In this document: one piece after another, positions 58,891 through 64,000 of the stretch
Layout: every line of letters begins with the position of its first letter
Position numbering within the stretch: position 1 is the stretch's first letter
Source of the DNA: a virus
Direction: 5' to 3' (one strand)
DNA: 64,000 nt
Virus record (IMG/VR): IMGVR_UViG_3300030329_005959
Coordinates: 40,266 to 104,265 of that record
The notes under the pieces: generated by a model
Databases searched by the model: none
Told to the model about the DNA's origin: nothing
What the model saw: only the letters and a program-made list of their open reading frames with translations
Translations under genes and position numbers: made by a program

Positions 58891-59070
58891 CCAGATCGTG
58901 CAGATCAACTGAAATAATCTAAATAAACAAAGGGCGCGGATCGACTGGATCGAACGAAATAACCTAAATAAACAAAAAGTTCCAGATCCCCAGATCTATC
59001 GCAAATAATTAAATAAGCGATTGGCCGCAGATCAAACGCACAATACTAAATAAGTGATTGGCCGCAGTCA
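58891..59070 (+). repeat. Tandem array of four ~45-bp units built from GATC-N14-AAATAA motifs
   Basis: GATC at 58894/58903, 58939/58948, 58985/58993 and 59030, each followed exactly 14 nt later by AAATAA. Confidence 0.85.
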
Positions 59071-59178
59071 CCACCTGTCGAGCGGATCGACACGTTGCCA
59101 CGACCTGTCGAAATGGTGGCCGAAAATCGACACGTTTCTTTTGTTAGGTTGCGCCCGAATTTTTTCTCATTTAAATGC

Positions 59179-59207
59179 TTGACCCCCACCGTAGGTGGGG
59201 GTAGAGT
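59179..59207 (+). promoter_or_regulatory. sigma70-like promoter with a palindrome in the spacer
   Basis: TTGACC-N17-TAGAGT; CCCCCACC-GTA-GGTGGGGG; ATG 6 nt downstream. Confidence 0.65.
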
Positions 59208-59213
59208 GCAGCC

Positions 59214-59501
59214 ATGACTCAAACAGAAGAGTATCCACTACCGACAGTCCACCTTAACGGCACCTCGAAAGAGATGTTACTTGAGGGTAACGAGGGAATC
59301 ATCCGTGCAATACACAGGCTCAAAGAAGCAATTCAGAATTGTCAGTTCCACCCCAGAGACTACTATGTGCATCCCCTTGAGGACACCGTTATCGGAGGGG
59401 CCTATGGTCTAGCAGCAGATGAACGGCAGAAGCACCTCCAGGCATTGGCAGACTTCGAAGCATACATCCTCAAGCACTACGATCATATCAGCGGACAGTG
59501 A
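59214..59501 (+). CDS. Hypothetical protein
   Basis: PTVHLNGTS...HPRDYY; own promoter and terminator. Confidence 0.7.
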   Translation: MTQTEEYPLPTVHLNGTSKEMLLEGNEGIIRAIHRLKEAIQNCQFHPRDYYVHPLEDTVIGGAYGLAADERQKHLQALADFEAYILKHYDHISGQ

Positions 59502-59581
59502 TCGAAATAATCATTCTGATTTGTTTGATTTTACTCGCCATCACTAGAAGCTAGGATCAAACGAAACAAACTAAATAAGTG

Positions 59582-59611
59582 GGTCGCGGAAACGCGGCCT
59601 TTCTTTTTTTT
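59582..59611 (+). terminator. Intrinsic terminator
   Basis: GGTCGCG-GAAA-CGCGGCC-TTTCTTTTTTTT. Confidence 0.75.
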
Positions 59612-59630
59612 GGTATGCGAATCTTGCGTC

Positions 59631-59707
59631 ATAAGTCGTTGATACTTAGGGAGTTACGGCGAGCGGCGGGGCGCGTCCTCGTAACTCGTTGACGCTTAGT
59701 GACTTAT
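59631..59707. repeat. 77-bp double-palindrome element, copy 1
   Basis: ATAAGTCGTTGATACTTAGGGAGTTAC-N23-GTAACTCGTTGACGCTTAGTGACTTAT. Confidence 0.9.
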
Positions 59708-59901
59708 GACTTCTTTCTCCTCCTAAAACTCTCGTTCTTTTTGCTGCGCCAGTCTTGGGGACCAACCCCACGCTTACGCAACCACTCATCACAGGCTTTG
59801 CCTACTGTAGTAGATAGCCCACGCATGTAATTCATTTGTTTCTCCTCTGGAGCTACTTCCTTTTTTGGTCTGCCTCGACCTCTGTTATTCGTCGTGTTCA
59901 T
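59704..59901 (-). CDS. AT-hook-like small basic protein
   Basis: RGRGRPKK. Confidence 0.6.
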   Translation of the reverse strand: MNTTNNRGRGRPKKEVAPEEKQMNYMRGLSTTVGKACDEWLRKRGVGPQDWRSKKNESFRRRKKS

Positions 59902-60220
59902 AAAAGGGATGATTGTATTCTTCTGGTTCCTTCCACTGATGGCATTCCTCGGGCCTATGATTCATAGAAGCGCAAACTAGAGCCTGTCTGCTCATCTGTA
60001 TCTTTTGCCACACACTCTTTTTCCACGTTTGCCAGTCTGGGCTATATGCTTTTTGCCACAACCCATCTACTAAAAAGTAGGTAGTCGCATGAATTATTTC
60101 ACACGTTATGGGATCGTAGTAAGTCCGCAACAAGGCTTGCGTGTTCTCGCATGGGAGAATGTGATCTGCGATGAACTTGCTCTGCCCGTTGCCAAGGGCT
60201 ATATGCTCGTTGTCGTTCAT
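59885..60220 (-). CDS. Hypothetical protein
   Basis: 111-aa ORF in the minus-strand operon. Confidence 0.55.
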   Translation of the reverse strand: MNDNEHIALGNGQSKFIADHILPCENTQALLRTYYDPITCEIIHATTYFLVDGLWQKAYSPDWQTWKKSVWQKIQMSRQALVCASMNHRPEECHQWKEPEEYNHPFYEHDE

Positions 60221-60221
60221 G

Positions 60222-60398
60222 TTAAAATTCTTCTACTCTATGCCCGTCCTCGCAAGTCTCTTCGTATCTAGTGCCGTTACCGTATTGACCTTCACCATCC
60301 AATACTTTCTGGATAGCATCGGCTCGGCTCACGGCATCCACGACAGCTTCCTGCCAGTGGATCTCTCTAAGGTATACTTTGTAGGGTCGTTCTTCCAT
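60222..60398 (-). CDS. Small hypothetical protein
   Basis: MEERPYKVYL...; start moved to ATG 60398. Confidence 0.55.
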   Translation of the reverse strand: MEERPYKVYLREIHWQEAVVDAVSRADAIQKVLDGEGQYGNGTRYEETCEDGHRVEEF

Positions 60399-60399
60399 C

Positions 60400-60744
60400 T
60401 TACCACCACGAATCGTATGCAACTTCGTATCCCTTGGCAAGATATTCTCTCGCCACCCTGATAAACTCCAACGTCTGAGCTTGGTAATGCTCACAGAAAC
60501 GAGAGTCACCACCGAAAAACAAACCACCTGTCTCGGGCAACATCTTATTGGTTACAACCAACTCCAGCATCTCAAGGTCTGCCTCGACCAACTCCAGAGG
60601 AACACAATTAAACTGTTTGGTCCCACCCTTCTTGCGATAGAGTTTCTCCATCCAACCGTGCAAGGCATTGTGCTTGCGCCAATAGGCGATTTCTTTTACT
60701 TCGCCCTCTGGACTCCTAACTTTCCCGTATGCGTCTAATCCCAT
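60400..60744 (-). CDS. Conserved phage early protein
   Basis: MGLD.Y...EIAYWRKHNALHGWM...Y.SWW. Confidence 0.75.
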   Translation of the reverse strand: MGLDAYGKVRSPEGEVKEIAYWRKHNALHGWMEKLYRKKGGTKQFNCVPLELVEADLEMLELVVTNKMLPETGGLFFGGDSRFCEHYQAQTLEFIRVAREYLAKGYEVAYDSWW

Positions 60745-60753
60745 AACGCGGCT

Positions 60754-60781
60754 ATTATATCAGGGTATCGGGTCTGTGCAA
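60754..60781 (-). promoter_or_regulatory. Strong early sigma70-like promoter (extended -10, UP A-tract)
   Basis: TTGCAC-N16(TGn)-TATAAT; ATG 9 nt downstream. Confidence 0.8.
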
Positions 60782-60808
60782 GCCCTTTTTTATTCTTTTT
60801 TATCCTTT

Positions 60809-60885
60809 ATAACTCGTTGAAACTCAACGAGTTACGGGCGCGGGGCGGGGCCGCAGCCGTAAGTCCTTGAGGGTGAGTGAGTTGT
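60809..60885. repeat. 77-bp double-palindrome element, copy 2
   Basis: ATAACTCGTTGAAACTCAACGAGTTAC-N23-GTAAGTCCTTGAGGGTGAGTGAGTTGT. Confidence 0.9.
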
Positions 60886-60961
60886 GGCGGGAGCAACGGG
60901 ACTTGAACCCGTGACCTCTAGCGTGACAGGCTAGCGCTCTAACCTACTGAGCTACGCCCCC
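60885..60961 (-). tRNA. trnD: tRNA-Asp(GTC), encoded CCA
   Basis: GGGGGCG acceptor; CTAGC-CTGTCAC-GCTAG anticodon arm; TTCAAG T loop. Confidence 0.93.
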
Positions 60962-60987
60962 TAACCAAGAAGCATTGTGAGGATGAG

Positions 60988-61185
60988 TCAACCAAAGATT
61001 AAAAGTCCTTCTTGTGAGCCATAGACTTCCCTCTCGCCACAGCATTCACATTCATATTTGGTAGCATCAGGCTCAACCCCCGCTTGCACTTCACCGCAAG
61101 ACATACATAACCCTTCGTTGCTGTCTGCCATTGCTAGATCAAGCAACAGTTCTATTTTGTCGTGGCTAGTCATTGGATGGGTCAT
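60988..61185 (-). CDS. Small Zn-ribbon protein
   Basis: CMSCG...EPDA..YECECCG. Confidence 0.7.
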   Translation of the reverse strand: MTHPMTSHDKIELLLDLAMADSNEGLCMSCGEVQAGVEPDATKYECECCGEREVYGSQEGLLIFG

Positions 61186-61388
61186 ACTGGTGGGTGTAGC
61201 TCTTGTGCCATATCGTATAGATTTTTTTCTGCTTCGTCAAGCAACTTTCCAATCGCTATGATCTGATTTCGGACCTCCCTTGCGTTGCCCTTGCTTTCTT
61301 CATCTCTCGTAATTGCGAGAGACTTCATAGACATCTCGTAGTAGTTAAGAAGTTTTTCTGTGTGTTCTTCCCAGTTTGGAGTTTTCAT
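61182..61388 (-). CDS. Hypothetical helical protein
   Basis: 68-aa ORF with ATGA coupling. Confidence 0.6.
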   Translation of the reverse strand: MKTPNWEEHTEKLLNYYEMSMKSLAITRDEESKGNAREVRNQIIAIGKLLDEAEKNLYDMAQELHPPV

Positions 61389-61401
61389 TTTTAAAAGAGA
61401 T

Positions 61402-61556
61402 GAGAGGAAGGATTTATATTATTACCTTCAACTTTCAGCTTACACATGTTTCAGTTTAGCCTACTCGCACTCCACACATAAAAACTCAGTCGGTTGACCC
61501 CTGTCTAAATGCACAGATACCTTATCGCTGTGTTGGACGATTATTCAGTCACTCTC
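61402..61556 (-). ncRNA. Structured ncRNA resembling the manA RNA motif
   Basis: 5' GAGAGTGACTGAATAA...AAGGT...ACCGAC...TGTAAG...GTTGAAGGTA...AATCCTTCCTCTC; closing GAGAG/CTCTC stem and GAAGG/CCTTC stem; no ORF; downstream of its own promoter. The family match is from memory. Confidence 0.55.
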
Positions 61557-61606
61557 GATTGGGGAGCTACCCCAAAGTAGAAATTGTTATCGTTGAAGCT
61601 GCGAGT

Positions 61607-61634
61607 ATTATAGCAGGTTTCGGGGTGGGGTCAA
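61607..61634 (-). promoter_or_regulatory. Strong early sigma70-like promoter
   Basis: TTGACC-N16(TGn)-TATAAT with upstream A-tract. Confidence 0.8.
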
Positions 61635-61670
61635 GCACTTTCGGCTATTTATTTTCTTTTTTTTTCATTT

Positions 61671-61747
61671 ATAACTCGTTGATCCTCAACGAGTTACGGG
61701 GATCGGCCCCGCCCCCCGCCGTAACTCACTGATACTCAGTCAGTTAC
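61671..61747. repeat. 77-bp double-palindrome element, copy 3
   Basis: ATAACTCGTTGATCCTCAACGAGTTAC-N23-GTAACTCACTGATACTCAGTCAGTTAC. Confidence 0.9.
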
Positions 61748-61870
61748 GTCCAACTTGGCGAAGTTTTCTACTACGATATCGCAAAGATGCCCGATGATTC
61801 CATCGTCCATTCCATCAAGGAAGGTTATGATGTCTTGCTGGATCTGTTCCCTGCACTCTTCTTTGTTCAT
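61736..61870 (-). CDS. Small hypothetical protein (44 aa, not in ORF track)
   Basis: MNKEECREQIQQDIITFLDG...; ATGA coupling; stop codon lies inside element 3. Confidence 0.5.
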   Translation of the reverse strand: MNKEECREQIQQDIITFLDGMDDGIIGHLCDIVVENFAKLDVTD

Positions 61871-62076
61871 CTTATGTTAGCTACATCTTTTTTGATCTGC
61901 GCTATGCGCTTTGCGAGTAGACTGCCCTTGTCGTTGGGTTCATCGGTGTGACCCTCTAACAAGTCATCTAGTTGGTCATAAACAAGCTGGTAACTACATG
62001 CCCGTCTCATCTGCGGCAACCACCTAGCCACATTGATTAAACCTTTCGTTTTGCGTGGTCGTCCTCCCTTGTTCAT
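61867..62076 (-). CDS. Small protein with AT-hook-like N-terminus
   Basis: KGGRPRK. Confidence 0.55.
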   Translation of the reverse strand: MNKGGRPRKTKGLINVARWLPQMRRACSYQLVYDQLDDLLEGHTDEPNDKGSLLAKRIAQIKKDVANIR

Positions 62077-62279
62077 ATAGACTCTAGCAATTCTTTTGTT
62101 TTTTCGCGGTCAGCAATCAGCTTGTCAATGAGACCGCCCATCTTGACAAACTCTTTCTTAGCCCAAAGGACATCTTCACTGTCCTCGCTCCGATCAATGA
62201 TGAGGAGCAACGCTTGAGCGGTGCCTCTCCAAGTCGGGGAAACCCGAATGGTTTTTTTGATTTTTTCTACTTCGGTCAT
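62073..62279 (-). CDS. Hypothetical protein
   Basis: 68-aa ORF with ATGA coupling. Confidence 0.6.
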   Translation of the reverse strand: MTEVEKIKKTIRVSPTWRGTAQALLLIIDRSEDSEDVLWAKKEFVKMGGLIDKLIADREKTKELLESI

Positions 62280-62337
62280 CTATTTCGATATGTGCATATT
62301 ACTAAGAGCAGACTGGTTACGATTACGAAGGTGATGT

Positions 62338-63030
62338 CTAGCATGGCTCCACAACAAACCCCGTTTCGTCCTTCTTTGCAAGTCCTTTTTCAAGCAACCC
62401 GACAATCACACCCCGTGGATCTTGAAAGCGCAAGTCACTATCATCACCATCAACAACCTTTATACCTTGCCAATGGCTTGGTAGGTGGTCACGAAAGACT
62501 ATCGCCACGTTGCCTCGGATTCCTGGCCTTTTGCATATCTCATGGATGAGTTCATCAGGTGTCTCTTCACTCCGTGAGTATGTCAGGTGGTAATTGTTCG
62601 GGAGCTTACCGTCTAAGAACCTAAAGAATCTTTTCAAGTGTTTGGTGTAGTCGTAGAATTGAATCGTAGGAAAGTATTTAACAACCAGATTTTCCCACGG
62701 TAAGTCACTTGTGAGATTCAAACGGAAGCAACTCTTTAATTCCTTTCGCGATGCGCTTTTAACCGAGCTTTGGATTTCTTTGTATAGCTGCGATAGGAAT
62801 CCATCCCTATCCTCGAAAAACCTTCGTGTCTTTTTAATTCGGGCATCTTGAACGGTATGCATGATGCCACGACCTGCCGTATTGAGACAAGCAGCAGAAC
62901 AACCAGCAGTAGCAGAAGAACAAACATTTTTTCCTGATAGGTTATATGGTGCAAGGTGCAAGCCGTAGGTTTTCCAACCATACTTCTCACCCTTGATTGT
63001 TTTATGGTTTCCTGCGTTAAGCAATTTCAT
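62338..63030 (-). CDS. GP88-like protein (Cys-cluster, radical-SAM-related)
   Basis: C...GC...CL, RLNLTSDL, FYDYTK, NYHLTYS and DGD.SDLRF.D. Confidence 0.75.
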   Translation of the reverse strand: MKLLNAGNHKTIKGEKYGWKTYGLHLAPYNLSGKNVCSSATAGCSAACLNTAGRGIMHTVQDARIKKTRRFFEDRDGFLSQLYKEIQSSVKSASRKELKSCFRLNLTSDLPWENLVVKYFPTIQFYDYTKHLKRFFRFLDGKLPNNYHLTYSRSEETPDELIHEICKRPGIRGNVAIVFRDHLPSHWQGIKVVDGDDSDLRFQDPRGVIVGLLEKGLAKKDETGFVVEPC

Positions 63031-63301
63031 TTGTGGTAGGTGTCTTGTGGTTTGCTGTGTTGTCGAAGCCGCTAATTTTTCTTTGCTTCGGTCCTTCTTC
63101 TTCCTCCTCTATGATATTGATATCCCAAAGCACAAGTCCATCATATTCTGGCTTGCAGTCAATAGCAGATTGCACACTGTCCTTTACTTTCCCCGTGTTA
63201 TTAAAGAAAGCGGTGTTTGATATAACTTCCCCTGTGTTGCCGTCATAATAGCAAATGGAAAACGATTTGGTAGTGAGTCTCGGTGGTGTAATTCCTGACA
63301 T
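63017..63301 (-). CDS. Hypothetical protein
   Basis: ATG 63301 is 7 nt downstream of the -10 box. Confidence 0.6.
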   Translation of the reverse strand: MSGITPPRLTTKSFSICYYDGNTGEVISNTAFFNNTGKVKDSVQSAIDCKPEYDGLVLWDINIIEEEEEGPKQRKISGFDNTANHKTPTTNEIA

Positions 63302-63308
63302 GGTGGGG

Positions 63309-63337
63309 AGTATAGCACGGGGGTGCGGGTCTGTCAA
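63309..63337 (-). promoter_or_regulatory. Strong early sigma70-like promoter
   Basis: TTGACA-N17(TGn)-TATACT. Confidence 0.8.
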
Positions 63338-63363
63338 TTTTAATGCATTAAAAAACCTCCTTC

Positions 63364-63440
63364 ATAAGTCGTTGTCCCTCAACGACTTACGAGCGCGGGG
63401 TGGCCCCGCCGCCGTAACTCCTTGATACTCAACGAGTTAC
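63364..63440. repeat. 77-bp double-palindrome element, copy 4
   Basis: ATAAGTCGTTGTCCCTCAACGACTTAC-N23-GTAACTCCTTGATACTCAACGAGTTAC. Confidence 0.9.
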
Positions 63441-63463
63441 GAGGGTTAAAACCCAAGCATGAG

Positions 63464-63510
63464 AAAACCCCGCCCCCCGCTAGTAACCCGAAGGCGCGGA
63501 AGACGGGGTT
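63464..63510 (-). terminator. Intrinsic terminator after the DUF932-like gene
   Basis: Minus strand CCCCGTCTTCCGC...GCGGGGGGCGGGG-TTTTC. Confidence 0.6.
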
Positions 63511-63528
63511 GGGTTGGCTACAAGAAAG

Positions 63529-63999
63529 CTATGCAGGGAGGGCGATCTCCTGGGCGTCTACGATCTCGGGGGCATGACCTGCGATCTTGTCGAACACCGA
63601 CTGCACCGTCATGGTGCGTTGCGGCAACTTGGACAGATCGCCGCCCTTGAGATGCTCGGTGATCCCGTTGTAGAGAGTCCAAAGGGAACCACCCTTAAAC
63701 TCCTCATGGCTCGGAGCTTCAAACTCCTTCACAGCCTTGTAAACGTCACGGGCGGGGAACGCCTTTGCGTCTACGAGGTCGATCACCATGTCGGCAGCAC
63801 TTGCCTTGGGAACCTCAACACTCTTGTAAGCGTCGATGCGCTTGCCCATGTCGGTCCAATGAGACACAACGCGAGAGATGGCAGACGAGAGAACGCGAGG
63901 AAGATCCTTCACGATGTTCTTGGTGTGCCTACGGGCGAGCTTCACATCAGAAGAGAAGCAAAGGTTTTCGCAAACCATCATCTGGTTGCCGATACAGAT
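63529..63999 (-). CDS. DUF932-like protein (5' end outside the window)
   Basis: VCENL...RHT and SLWTLYNGITEHLK; frame open to the window edge. Confidence 0.7.
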   Translation of the reverse strand: MCIGNQMMVCENLCFSSDVKLARRHTKNIVKDLPRVLSSAISRVVSHWTDMGKRIDAYKSVEVPKASAADMVIDLVDAKAFPARDVYKAVKEFEAPSHEEFKGGSLWTLYNGITEHLKGGDLSKLPQRTMTVQSVFDKIAGHAPEIVDAQEIALPA

Positions 64000-64000
64000 G

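Noticed and set aside
58891-59070. CRISPR array
   Set aside because: Units are degenerate ~45-bp tandem repeats without identical repeats and unique spacers; no cas operon in the window.
59611-59627. sigma54 promoter TGGTATGCGAATCTTGC next to element 1
   Set aside because: GG-to-GC spacing is 12 nt rather than the required 10.
60885-60961. tRNA-Asp as prophage att site
   Set aside because: No integrase and no duplicated tRNA 3' end in the window; phage-like genes lie on both sides.
63459-63650. Arg-rich + strand ORF
   Set aside because: Antisense to the DUF932-like gene and its terminator; GC-rich shadow ORF.
1-64000. Stop-codon reassignment
   Set aside because: Conserved genes are full length in code 11 and end in TAA, TAG and TGA; coding density is high.

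Overview
This 64-kb window is part of a large lytic dsDNA tailed-phage genome with a lambda-like tail tip, read with the standard genetic code. A Gram-negative host is inferred from the outer-membrane barrel and lipoprotein genes; Verrucomicrobia is plausible but unproven. Layout: (1) 0-10 kb, a nonulosonic-acid and GDP-sugar synthesis/tailoring cluster; (2) 10-22 kb, replication and recombination genes (RecA, DnaB, primase, PD-(D/E)XK nuclease, a DnaE split into PHP, DEDDh-exonuclease and polymerase-core genes) plus a Clp ATPase; (3) 22-29 kb, glycosyltransferases and probable ssDNA-binding/annealing proteins; (4) 29-43 kb, minus-strand tail tip L-K-I-J, a repeat-rich tail fibre and a lectin-like protein; (5) 43-54 kb, lysis and accessory genes (lipoprotein, beta-barrel OMP, holin, chemoreceptor-like 4-helix-bundle membrane protein, CHAP endolysin, MazG, PPase, HNH-AP2, tRNA-Leu, sulfotransferase); (6) 54-64 kb, early-type small genes, RuvB, an HhH glycosylase and tRNA-Asp. 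The most unusual signals are non-coding. Four 77-bp elements have two 27-bp palindromic arms, each made of back-to-back IHF-consensus-like sites, around an invariant-length 23-bp GC spacer; they mark cassette boundaries and three sit in similar helical phase upstream of strong promoters. A polar GATC-N14/15-AAATAA motif occurs 13 times, including a ~45-bp tandem array. A manA-like structured RNA has its own promoter. Two promoter classes (sigma70-like and GTGTA) appear to drive leaderless mRNAs. All protein assignments come from motif recognition by eye; no database searches were run.
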